Below are positions 1-9,278 of a stretch of DNA of 64,000 nucleotides, piece after piece (within the stretch, counting starts at the first letter, position 1; every line of letters begins with the position of its first letter). The DNA lies in the NCBI GenBank assembly GCA_047628385.1, contig JBLHVH010000001.1, positions 8,191 through 72,190 on the forward strand. The letters run 5' to 3'. The position numbers and the translations under genes are program-made. The DNA comes from Oleiphilaceae bacterium (GTDB lineage Bacteria > Pseudomonadota > Gammaproteobacteria > Pseudomonadales > Oleiphilaceae). The notes under the pieces are model-generated. The model did not search any database and was not told the origin of the DNA. It worked only from the letters and a program-made list of their open reading frames with translations.

Positions 1-2215
1 CGATACCCAGCGTTATACCTGTAAAGCTAACCGCCTTTCCTGTGGTTCTGAGCGTTTGGAAATAAGCTTCTTGAAGTGGCAATCCTTCTTTAAGCTTAGA
101 TTCCAACATACTAAAGATATAAATACCGTAATCAACACCAATCCCTACCCCTAAAGCGATAACAGGGAGTGTTGCAACCTTTATTCCGATTCCTAACTGG
201 GCCATCAACGCTTCGGCTAACACAGAGGTTAACGCTAAAGGTGTTACAATACAGATAACCGCTGCAAAAGATCTAAAGGTAATAAAGCACAATATACTTA
301 CGACCGCATAAACCGATATCAACATGACATTTTTAGCTTTTGATATTACTTGGTTTGTTGCCGCTTCAACCCCGGCATTACCAGCAGCTAGTAGGACTGT
401 ATAGTTTTCACTAGGGTATTCATCAATTAATTCTTTCAACGTATCCACAACACGATCAAGCGTTACGGCCTGATGATCTTTGAGATAAACAATCAAAGGC
501 GTCATTGAGCAGTCTGAATTCACCATACCTGCAGGCGCTCGCTGAATAGAAGAATTAATAATCGATTCACTTCTAGACAACTCAAACCATTTAAAACTAC
601 CTTCATTCAACGCTTTTGTAACCAAACGAGAAACGGTGACTATCGAAGCGGTAGATTCCACGCCTTCAGTGTTCTCCAAACGCCACTGCATTCGATCCAT
701 CACATCCATTACTTCATAACTAGAACAACGCTCTGCAGGCGTCTTGACCATTACTACCATCACATCGGCACTGGTACTGTAATTACCAATTATGTAATCG
801 TTATCTAAATTATATCGCGAGTCAGCCCTTAACTCTGGCGCCCCTTTGTCGAGATCACCTATTTTCAAATCCTTCTGGTAATAAAGACCAATACCGCACG
901 CTAAGATTGCAATCAATATAGAAATAGGCGCAATACTGGGATGAGCCATAAAAGATAAAACACGCCACTTTTTATCGCCATGTAATTCGACCTTTTTAGC
1001 GTGCTTTAAGCCTCCTTTAGTCAAACCAATATAAGACATTATCACTGGATGAAGTACTAGGTTCGTGACAATAATGACAGCGACACCGACCCCCGCAGCA
1101 ACAGCCAAATCTTTAATTACATCAATTTCAATAAAGAGCAGCGTTAAAAAGCCAATCGCATCACTCACTAAAGCCAAAATCCCAGGCCGCACTAAAAATC
1201 TGAATGATAAACGCGCACTCATAACTGGGTTAAAGCCTCGTGCCTGCTCAACAGCTAATTGATTGACAATTTGCACGCCATGACTGATCCCTATAGCAAA
1301 CACAAGAAAAGGTACTAATACCGAGTATGGGTCAACACCGTAGCCAAGCAGGTGAAGTATCCCTAACTGCCAAACAACTGCAATAATAGACGTAAGCACT
1401 GGCACGATTGTGCCAATAAAACACCTAGAATAGGCAAACAAGAAAGTTAATGTTAAGCCCATAGTAATCAATGCAAACATTAGTATTGAGCTTATTCCCT
1501 CAATCAAGTCTCCAATTTTTTTAGCAAAACCAATAATATGAACATCTATATTTGGATTTTTTGCTCGGTATTTATCTCGAATTTTTTCTTCTAGCTCAAG
1601 TGAGAGCTGTTTGTAATCTAGGGGTTCGCCTGTCTCAGGATTTGTTTCAAAAAGAGACGCATATACAATTGTTGATTTAAAGTTATCAGCAACTAAGCGC
1701 CCGACTTGACCGGACTTCAAAATATTCTGTCTTAAACTGTTTAACGAAGCATCTGAACCATCATAGCCATCCGGTATGACAGCGCCGCCACGAAATCCTT
1801 CTTCTGTCACTTCTATCCAACGCACGCTAGGCGTCCACAGCGATTTCATCGCTGATCGGTCAACCCCAGGTAGATAAAACAACTCATCAGTGATTTCACT
1901 TAATGTCTGCATATAAGCTTTATTGAAAATATCGCCATTTTTTACAGAAACAGCAATCCGAATTGAATTCCCTAAGTTCCCTAAGTCCTCTCGATTATCT
2001 AACATATTAATAATGAAAGGGTGCTCTAAAGGAATCAGTCTTTCAAAGGACGCATCGGGTCTTATTTGCGATGCATTGAATGCTAAAAAGACAGTTAACA
2101 GTAGAAACAAAGCGAGTATGACAGGCCTGTTAGAGAAGATAAGCCGTTCTATCATTGTTCCTGACCCGACAACCTCAATCGATTTGGCTGCTGGATTATT
2201 TTGTGGGTTTGACAT
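1..2215 (-). CDS. RND/MMPL-like (sterol-sensing-domain type) inner-membrane transporter, partial; C-terminus lies beyond the window start
   Basis: My own translation of the minus strand from the ATG at 2215 (MSNPQNNPAAKSIEVVGSGTMIERLIFSNRPVILALFLLLTVFLAF...) stays open to position 1. It alternates large soluble loops with hydrophobic blocks (e.g. ...VLVPFLVFAIGISHGVQIV..., ...LPVIALGVGIGVDYGIYIF...), as in RND/MMPL exporters. Missing from the ORF track only because it is truncated. Confidence 0.75.
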   Translation of the reverse strand, partial: MSNPQNNPAAKSIEVVGSGTMIERLIFSNRPVILALFLLLTVFLAFNASQIRPDASFERLIPLEHPFIINMLDNREDLGNLGNSIRIAVSVKNGDIFNKAYMQTLSEITDELFYLPGVDRSAMKSLWTPSVRWIEVTEEGFRGGAVIPDGYDGSDASLNSLRQNILKSGQVGRLVADNFKSTIVYASLFETNPETGEPLDYKQLSLELEEKIRDKYRAKNPNIDVHIIGFAKKIGDLIEGISSILMFALITMGLTLTFLFAYSRCFIGTIVPVLTSIIAVVWQLGILHLLGYGVDPYSVLVPFLVFAIGISHGVQIVNQLAVEQARGFNPVMSARLSFRFLVRPGILALVSDAIGFLTLLFIEIDVIKDLAVAAGVGVAVIIVTNLVLHPVIMSYIGLTKGGLKHAKKVELHGDKKWRVLSFMAHPSIAPISILIAILACGIGLYYQKDLKIGDLDKGAPELRADSRYNLDNDYIIGNYSTSADVMVVMVKTPAERCSSYEVMDVMDRMQWRLENTEGVESTASIVTVSRLVTKALNEGSFKWFELSRSESIINSSIQRAPAGMVNSDCSMTPLIVYLKDHQAVTLDRVVDTLKELIDEYPSENYTVLLAAGNAGVEAATNQVISKAKNVMLISVYAVVSILCFITFRSFAAVICIVTPLALTSVLAEALMAQLGIGIKVATLPVIALGVGIGVDYGIYIFSMLESKLKEGLPLQEAYFQTLRTTGKAVSFTGITLGI

Positions 2216-2250
2216 TCATCAATCCTCTAGGATTTATAGTTTGATTAATA

Positions 2251-3399
2251 TTAGTTTAAATTGGTGCCAGCAGAATTAGTTCGGGCTAAACCCTTCTCTC
2301 CTACTACAATTAGCTCATTCTGAGTGACAAACACTGCAGAGGACACACCTAAACGATCACCGCGTATCGTTTCAGAAAAAGTACGTCCAGCATCATCACT
2401 AAATAATACAGAACCAGAGTTCCCAACAATTGAGATATCTCCTTCGCCATTATGAACGGCTGAAATCAGCGTACTTTCAGTTGGTGAATCTAAAGCCTCC
2501 CAAGTAACCCCGGCGTCAACAGACCGAAACAAATTACCTCTTAAACCAAATGCTAGTGCACCCTGCGCTTCACCCGTCTCAGACAAACCAAAAAATGAGC
2601 CTTCATAGGGACTGTCAACAGTTTCCCATGTTTCGCCATCGTCTTCAGACCGAAAAATAACACCTGCTTCACCCGCAACAATCAAAACACTTTCATCAAT
2701 TTGAGTTATCGTATTCAAATGGAACCGGTCAGCATTATCCATCCTAGAACCGTAGTTCATCCAAGTAGTCCCACCGTCAAAGGTTTTAAAAATGAAACCG
2801 TATGCACCGATAACAAAGCCTTCTTTGTCATTAATAAAAAACACATCCAACAAAGGTTTACTTGCACCTATTCCAGCGTCAGCGATTGAATCCTCTAACC
2901 CGTACTCTGCGTCTTCTAACTCAACTTCAAGATCTTCAAGGTCATCTTCTGACGCTAACTCAAGACTTGCCTTCAAGGTATTAATTTGGTTTTTATATTG
3001 GGTAATAATCATCTGATTGGCAGCATTACCATCAAACTGCTTTTCCCATGTTTCACCGCTATCAGAAGAGTGTAAAATAACACCAGAATGACCAACAGCC
3101 CATCCTTTACGGACACTTGGAAAAACAACAGACGTCAACAACACTGATACTGGAACCTTAGATTGGTACCACTTCCCACCGTTATCATCAGAGTATAAAA
3201 CATGACCTCTAGCACCCACAGTAACTAAACGCTCTCCAGCCTTAGCAATATCTAATAATAAATTCTGCTTTGCTTTAACCGCTATTATTGAAGGTGTAAC
3301 TAATACATCTTCAACTGCTAAAAGTGGCGCACTTATACTACCCAGAGTAACGGCTCCCGCTAAAAGAGAAACACGAAATTTGGTAAATATAGTGTTCAT
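2251..3399 (-). CDS. Secreted BNR/Asp-box beta-propeller protein (Ycf48/photosystem-II-assembly-factor-like)
   Basis: N-terminal signal peptide (LLAGAVTLGSISAPLLAVE). Repeated Asp-box motifs SxDxGxTW (SSDSGETWEK, TFDGGTTWMN, SEDDGETWET, SVDAGVTWEA, SDDNGGKWYQ). Confidence 0.75.
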   Translation of the reverse strand: MNTIFTKFRVSLLAGAVTLGSISAPLLAVEDVLVTPSIIAVKAKQNLLLDIAKAGERLVTVGARGHVLYSDDNGGKWYQSKVPVSVLLTSVVFPSVRKGWAVGHSGVILHSSDSGETWEKQFDGNAANQMIITQYKNQINTLKASLELASEDDLEDLEVELEDAEYGLEDSIADAGIGASKPLLDVFFINDKEGFVIGAYGFIFKTFDGGTTWMNYGSRMDNADRFHLNTITQIDESVLIVAGEAGVIFRSEDDGETWETVDSPYEGSFFGLSETGEAQGALAFGLRGNLFRSVDAGVTWEALDSPTESTLISAVHNGEGDISIVGNSGSVLFSDDAGRTFSETIRGDRLGVSSAVFVTQNELIVVGEKGLARTNSAGTNLN

Positions 3400-3485
3400 T
3401 CATCTTCCTTATTCATTTAATGAAATACTCACAAGGCCAGAGGATCACTCTAAGCCTTGAACTAATTAAAAATTATCTATAACGA

Positions 3486-4868
3486 CTAGCGTGCTCGACG
3501 ACGCAAGGAAGACGGTTTAAAGTAACGTTTGTTAGGCACCTTTGTTTCAAAAACTGGCGCTTGACGTTCCTCTGAGTATAGCCCATTTACACTGTACCGA
3601 CGTGATTGAAGATCATGGTATACATCACCCGCAGACCAAACTCCGGGTAATTCATAATAATTTTTTGACAACGACATACTGACACGCCACAACTCATCAC
3701 GGGTATCATACTGATCGACTAAAGCAATTCCCCAGCTATCTTCATCAACATAATAAACACGCTTTTTATAGATATGACGCGCACTCTTTTTAAGCGTTGC
3801 TTCAACAACATGAACACGATGTAGCTCCCAACGAAGATATTCTGGGTTTAAGTGCCCTGACATTACTACGTCTTTGTACTTAACGTCTTTAGCACCTATT
3901 TTATAGTTGTTATAAGGTATAAAGAACTCTTTAACACCTTTGTATTCCCAACCGTATCGGTCTGGAGCGCCGTTATACATATCGGTATCATCAGCAGTTC
4001 GAGTGTTATCAGACGATGCAATTGGTGAATCATACGCTAAGTTTGGCGCGCGCCTAACACGTCGCTGTCCTGAGTTATAATCCCATGCTTGCCGCTTTTC
4101 TTTCAGCTGATTCATCGTCTCATGAATTAATAATGCACCGCCCGCTAATCGCGCAGGGGCTTTATTAAAGGTAAGAAAATAGAACAATATGTTATCCATC
4201 TTTTTAAAGCTTCCTTTTGGATTATGGAAGTTAAAAAAGACTTCCTGCTGCTTTGTAATGGGCGTATACGAACCATCACGTTGTACAGCAAGCTCAGACG
4301 AACGACTGGTAAAGAAAACACCACGCCAACGCGTTAAATGATTCCACATGACCTGCAATGCTTTCTCATCATTTTTCCCATGTAGAATTGGAAATACAAC
4401 ACCACCAAAAGCGTCTTTTATTCCAGCGCCACCTTTGGTTAAACTTGAGGTTTTTGCATTTTTCTTGCTATTTTCGAGCACCCAATCAGGCATTGAATGA
4501 GATCGATGTGTTGGATATACATTCACTTTGAATGTGTCTGGATAAGTTTCAAATAGAGCATATTGCCCTGGTGTCATATATTTCTTAAACCCTTTGTAAT
4601 TACTTTTATCGATTGAAAATTTAATCTCATCCGATGCAAAAGGGTCAATATGATGCTGACCTGATCCGGTATACCCACCAGGTGGTTTGGTAATCCCTCC
4701 GGTCCACTCGGGAATAGTTTTCGTTTTATTCCCCGACTTGATAGACCCGAATGGGGTTAATGATTTACCTAATTTACTTGATTCCTTTGCTGAAACCTTT
4801 GCATGTACATTGAGCGACGCCAATATCAATACTAATACACCACAGAGCAATACAGACTTGTTATTCAT
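3486..4868 (-). CDS. DUF1329-family (LolA-like, outer-membrane lipoprotein-sorting-like) secreted protein
   Basis: Signal peptide MNNKSVLLCGVLVLILASLNVHA. The N-terminal LTPFGSIKSGNKTKTIPEWTGG motif is typical of DUF1329. The ORF track starts at 4886; the ATG at 4868 (MNNKS) is the more likely start. Confidence 0.7.
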   Translation of the reverse strand: MNNKSVLLCGVLVLILASLNVHAKVSAKESSKLGKSLTPFGSIKSGNKTKTIPEWTGGITKPPGGYTGSGQHHIDPFASDEIKFSIDKSNYKGFKKYMTPGQYALFETYPDTFKVNVYPTHRSHSMPDWVLENSKKNAKTSSLTKGGAGIKDAFGGVVFPILHGKNDEKALQVMWNHLTRWRGVFFTSRSSELAVQRDGSYTPITKQQEVFFNFHNPKGSFKKMDNILFYFLTFNKAPARLAGGALLIHETMNQLKEKRQAWDYNSGQRRVRRAPNLAYDSPIASSDNTRTADDTDMYNGAPDRYGWEYKGVKEFFIPYNNYKIGAKDVKYKDVVMSGHLNPEYLRWELHRVHVVEATLKKSARHIYKKRVYYVDEDSWGIALVDQYDTRDELWRVSMSLSKNYYELPGVWSAGDVYHDLQSRRYSVNGLYSEERQAPVFETKVPNKRYFKPSSLRRRAR

Positions 4869-5217
4869 ATAAATACCTTGAAACACACTTATTTATTTAC
4901 GAATTATTTTGATGACAACTGAGGTTATTCATAAACACTACTTCACTTTACTTCCATTAAGCTCTATTTAAGCCGGAAATTAAGTAAAGAAGATTTGCCA
5001 TCCTATTAATTTTTAGCAGATTTTTTCATTCTGTCTATGTTAGTTTTGTTATTAAATATGTCTGATATTGCGAAATGACAAAATTTTTAAAGCTAGAATC
5101 GAATAATCCCCAAGATTTCACAAGCATACTCATTCAGGTAAACCATGATCGTAATACACGGAACGCCCTACACCACCGCTAATAGCGGCAGTATAAAACT
5201 CAATGATTGGATTTAGA

Positions 5218-7857
5218 TTAAGGCAAACTCTTTTCTACAATCTCTCTGACGTCTTTAGATAAATTATTTTTTTCATGAATACGCTTTAATTGAGAAATCA
5301 TTAAGCCTTGCCTGTTCGTATTAAATTTTCGCCATCTGGTCAAAGGCATCATTAATCTTGAAGCTATTTGAGGATTAAGGTCATCCAATTTAATTATATA
5401 GTCAGCAAGAAATTCGTAAGCGGCGCCCGATAGATCGTGAAAATTAACTAAATTCTGCTGACAAAACACACCAATAACCGCGCGTACTTTATTAGGATTG
5501 GTTATATCAAAATCAGGTAAAGCAATGAGATCTTTTAAACTATTCAAATTCGTTAAACTTGAACTTCCTGATTGTACCGAGAACCACTGCTCAAGTACTT
5601 GAGCATCGGCATGCCACTTATTATAAAAAATAACTAACGCTTCTTTAGCCGCCAGTGCATCCCCTGAATTAACAAGTACACTTAACGCAGCATGGCTATC
5701 AGTCATATTTACCGCTGATTCGAATTGCTGCTTCGCCAATAATATAGCTTGCTCATTGGGTGATGCCGACAAAAGAGAAAGAACCGAGTTTTTTAATGCT
5801 CTTTGAGACATAGCAGCGAAGCCTAAACCAGCACTCAAACTGACATTTTCTTGATAAACCGCCTCCAATTCAGCTGTAAGCGCATTAGATAATGCTGCAC
5901 GTACAAAGTCACGAACATGATGAATTGCGTCAACATCAGCTTCATCTGACAACTCAATCAAGTAACTTTCTGCGGGTAACATTAGTAACTTACAAACCAT
6001 CGCTTTATCTAGATCTTTATTGCGTAAGATTGATCTAAATACGTCTATAAATTGCGCTGATAATAAAAGCGGTTCTTTATTCTGATATTTCAGAATCAAA
6101 TTTTGAAGCACTCGAAGAGATAAAGTTTGACCTGCCTCCCACCGATTAAAGCCATCCGAATCATGCGTAAGTAAAAACAATAGCTGCTCGTTCGAATAAT
6201 CATAGGTTAATTTAACCGGCGCCGAGAAATTTCTTAACAAAGAAGGTATCGGTTCTTTTTCTACCCCTTCAAAGACAACCGTTTCTGTTTTTCCAAGTAA
6301 TTCAAACACCCAATTCGTTTGACCTCCGGCAACCGCTAAAGGTAAATCCTGACCCTTCACATCAATTAAGCCAATTGTAATAGGAATATGAAAAAGTGCT
6401 TTTTTATCAAAAGGCACATTATCGCCAGCACTAGCAGGACATGACTGGGTAAATGTTAAACTATATTTTTTACTCACAGCATCATATGACGACACTACCA
6501 GCACCTCAGGGGTGCCGCCTTGATCATACCAAGCCTGAAACTGAGTAAAGTCACGTCCAGAGACATCTGACATAGCCACCACAAAGTCTTCTGTGGTTAC
6601 AGCTTGCCCATCATGCCTATCGAAATATAAATCACTACCCGCTCTAAACTTTGCCTCACCAAGAAGCGTATGATACATGCGAACTAACTCCGCACCTTTT
6701 TCATATACTGTAAGCGTATAAAAATTAGAAATTTCCATATAGGATGAAGGTCTTACGGGGTGCGACATCGGTCCCGCGTCTTCAGCAAACTGAGCCGTTC
6801 TTAAAAAGTTAACGTCTTCAACCCGTTTAACGACTCTAGAATTCATGTCCGCTGAAAATTCAGCATCCCTGAATACAGTAAACCCTTCTTTTAAACTTAA
6901 TTGAAACCAATCACGACACGTCACTCTGTTGCCTGACCAATTATGAAAGTACTCATGCGCGACGATTGCTTCTATTCGGAGATAGGCTATATCTGTGGCG
7001 GTGTCAGTTTTAGCCAAAACACATGAAGAGTTAAATATATTTAAGCCCTTATTTTCCATTGCGCCCATATTAAAATCATCAACAGCCACAATCATGAATA
7101 TATCTAAGTCGTATTCTCGCCCATAAACATCCTCATCCCACTTCATCGAACGCTTTAAACTATCCATCGCATAATCGCATTTATCTGAATTTTTATAATC
7201 CACAAAAATGCGTAAATCTACTTTTCGGCCTGAACTTGTTATGAACACACCTTCTTGGCAGTGTAAGTCTCCCGCAACCAAAGCAAACAAATAACATGGC
7301 TTTGGAAAAGGATCCTCCCACGTCACAAAATGTCGCTCTTCGGGCAAATCACCCGAGTCGACCGGATTACCATTTGAAAGTAATATTGGATATAAAGTTT
7401 TATCTGCTTCAATACGTGTTTGAAACACTGTCATCACATCAGGGCGATCAGGATAATACGTAATGCGTCTAAAGCCTTCAGCTTCACACTGAGTACAAAA
7501 CATAGAAGAAGATTTATACAGCCCCTCTAGTCGCTTATTATCTTGTGGCTTTATCCAGGTTTCGCACTCCAATGTGAATTCGGCAGGAACACCCCTGATC
7601 GTTAATCCTTCATGATCGACCTGATAATCACTGCTAGCAAGCAATTTCTGGTTTAGTTTAATTGATCGCAGCGTTAGGTCTTCACCATTAAGATAAAGAT
7701 CCTTTGCACTCGATTCAGCACAACGCTTAAAATTTAGAACCGATAAAACTGTCGCACCATCTTCAAACAAACGAAATGTGAGTGTTACTTTTTCAAGTTC
7801 AAACGCTGGCGCCTGATAATCTTTTAAATAAATTGTTTTTACGCTGGATTCACTCAT
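5218..7857 (-). CDS. pepN: Aminopeptidase N (M1 family)
   Basis: 879 aa. GAMEN exopeptidase motif (MGAMENKGLNIF) and zinc motif HEYFHNWSGNRVT...E. Confidence 0.95.
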   Translation of the reverse strand: MSESSVKTIYLKDYQAPAFELEKVTLTFRLFEDGATVLSVLNFKRCAESSAKDLYLNGEDLTLRSIKLNQKLLASSDYQVDHEGLTIRGVPAEFTLECETWIKPQDNKRLEGLYKSSSMFCTQCEAEGFRRITYYPDRPDVMTVFQTRIEADKTLYPILLSNGNPVDSGDLPEERHFVTWEDPFPKPCYLFALVAGDLHCQEGVFITSSGRKVDLRIFVDYKNSDKCDYAMDSLKRSMKWDEDVYGREYDLDIFMIVAVDDFNMGAMENKGLNIFNSSCVLAKTDTATDIAYLRIEAIVAHEYFHNWSGNRVTCRDWFQLSLKEGFTVFRDAEFSADMNSRVVKRVEDVNFLRTAQFAEDAGPMSHPVRPSSYMEISNFYTLTVYEKGAELVRMYHTLLGEAKFRAGSDLYFDRHDGQAVTTEDFVVAMSDVSGRDFTQFQAWYDQGGTPEVLVVSSYDAVSKKYSLTFTQSCPASAGDNVPFDKKALFHIPITIGLIDVKGQDLPLAVAGGQTNWVFELLGKTETVVFEGVEKEPIPSLLRNFSAPVKLTYDYSNEQLLFLLTHDSDGFNRWEAGQTLSLRVLQNLILKYQNKEPLLLSAQFIDVFRSILRNKDLDKAMVCKLLMLPAESYLIELSDEADVDAIHHVRDFVRAALSNALTAELEAVYQENVSLSAGLGFAAMSQRALKNSVLSLLSASPNEQAILLAKQQFESAVNMTDSHAALSVLVNSGDALAAKEALVIFYNKWHADAQVLEQWFSVQSGSSSLTNLNSLKDLIALPDFDITNPNKVRAVIGVFCQQNLVNFHDLSGAAYEFLADYIIKLDDLNPQIASRLMMPLTRWRKFNTNRQGLMISQLKRIHEKNNLSKDVREIVEKSLP

Positions 7858-7910
7858 TTTATGACCCTTAATTGATCGTCTTATCTCTTAATTACGAGAC
7901 AGTTAAATAG

Positions 7911-8741
7911 CTAGACTGCTGATAATGAAACATCAAAAGAGGTATGCTTTCGAACATTAAAACAACCGGAATCCAGTATCAGATACTGACCTTTAATCGC
8001 CAGCAACTTACCCTCTACAATGCTTTGCTTTTCTAGGTTAAATGTTTTAATTTTTTCTGGCCATTGAAGAGATGGGTATTCAAATTGCCAGGTTTGCCCA
8101 GACTCAAGCTTGTTGATTTGCTCATCAGGGAATTGAAGTTTTAAATCAACCAACGCACCTTCAGCTAACTCAAACAGTTTATCTCGCTCTTGCTCCAAGT
8201 CGATAATCTCAACATCGTGCTTTAGCATTTTTCGCCAGTTTGTTTTATCAGCAACCCATTCTTTCATGATAACTTCGACTAAGCCGGATAACTGCCGAGT
8301 AGAAACCGAAAAAATAGGTAGTGCTTGTATCGCTCCTTGGTCCATCCATCTCGTAGGCACTTGAGTGTGGCGCGTAATACCGACTTTAAGTCCCGAAGAA
8401 TTCGCTAAATAAACAATATGCTCCTGCATACAAAACTGCTCAGCCCATTCTGGCTCTCTACATGTGCCTTTACTAAAATGGCACAATTCAGGACTCATCA
8501 TGCAACGATCACACTGGGCAAGCTTTTTAAAGCATGGGAAACAGTATCCCTGACTAAAGCTTTTATTAGTTTTTCGCTGACAGTTACAACAGCGAATTTC
8601 TCCGTTTGAAATAATACGAATATCTTTGCCAATATAAGCATTCATCGCTATTTTTTCATCACCTATATTAAGGTGATACGAAAGGGGTTCAGTTTTTTCT
8701 ATCAACATTTTGGCAAGTCTGCCAGAAGCTAATTCGATCAT
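7911..8741 (-). CDS. DUF2797-family Cys-rich protein
   Basis: 276 aa with clustered cysteines (CCNCQRKTNKSFSQGYCFPCFKKLAQCDRCMMSPELCHFSKGTCREPEWAEQFC). Sits next to pepN, as in Pseudomonas-type genomes (from memory). Confidence 0.6.
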   Translation of the reverse strand: MIELASGRLAKMLIEKTEPLSYHLNIGDEKIAMNAYIGKDIRIISNGEIRCCNCQRKTNKSFSQGYCFPCFKKLAQCDRCMMSPELCHFSKGTCREPEWAEQFCMQEHIVYLANSSGLKVGITRHTQVPTRWMDQGAIQALPIFSVSTRQLSGLVEVIMKEWVADKTNWRKMLKHDVEIIDLEQERDKLFELAEGALVDLKLQFPDEQINKLESGQTWQFEYPSLQWPEKIKTFNLEKQSIVEGKLLAIKGQYLILDSGCFNVRKHTSFDVSLSAV

Positions 8742-8795
8742 CAGGCGACCTGTATGTAGTGGTAAATATGAAATTTAATAATCAAAGATTAAACT

Positions 8796-9062
8796 CTAGT
8801 GAAGAATTTTTATAGTTGAAACATCATCTGGAGCTTTATTTGTGTCGTACGGCTTTTTTTTCTTTGCAGGCTTAACATAACCCACTCGCTCAGTATCAGC
8901 CACTTGATGCTTCGCCTCATAAAGCATAATTGCTTGAAGGCAAATTTCTTTTTGGGCAACACTTAATACACGACCGTCAGGCCATTTTCCTAACTCAATT
9001 GCTTGCTTGAATTGCTTATATACGTCAGGACTAATTGCTTCGGCAACATCTTCAAAATTCAT
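8796..9062 (-). CDS. YeaC-like small protein (DUF1315)
   Basis: 88 aa. The segment PDVYKQFKQAIELGKWPDGRVLSVAQKEICLQAIMLYEAKH aligns with my recollection of E. coli YeaC (TPEVYQRLSTAVELGKWPDG...). Confidence 0.75.
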   Translation of the reverse strand: MNFEDVAEAISPDVYKQFKQAIELGKWPDGRVLSVAQKEICLQAIMLYEAKHQVADTERVGYVKPAKKKKPYDTNKAPDDVSTIKILH

Positions 9063-9151
9063 TTTAAAATACCTTTTTCTCTATATAAGGGAGAGAGAAT
9101 AACAAGCTCCAAAAATGGACTCAAGGCTTTCGTATATATCTTAAACCTGAG

Positions 9152-9180
9152 TTGACATTATAAACAGTAATGATTATCAT
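9152..9180 (+). promoter_or_regulatory. Near-consensus sigma70 promoter (TTGACA-17 bp-TATCAT) with no ORF downstream
   Basis: TTGACA at 9152-9157, a 17-bp spacer, TATCAT at 9175-9180. It is overlapped by the Fur box. Downstream on this strand there is only the 3' end of the convergent rhomboid gene. Confidence 0.5.
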
Positions 9181-9184
9181 TACG
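9166..9184. promoter_or_regulatory. Fur box (iron-responsive operator)
   Basis: aGTAATGATTATCATTACg matches 14 of 19 positions of the E. coli consensus GATAATGATAATCATTATC. It contains the perfect 17-bp palindrome GTAATGATTATCATTAC (9167-9183). Confidence 0.65.
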
Positions 9185-9278
9185 GTGAGTTTTGGATTGA
9201 CACATCAATTCATAACTCAGTCTCTCTCATCAGAAATTCACATTGTGTGAAGCCCAAGCAAAACTCATAACATTGAGC

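Noticed and set aside
1065-2279. Plus-strand ORFs 1065-1262 and 1923-2279 from the ORF track.
   Set aside because: Both lie antisense within the 738-codon RND/MMPL-like reading frame, which I translated without stops from 2215 to position 1. The transporter frame explains the region.
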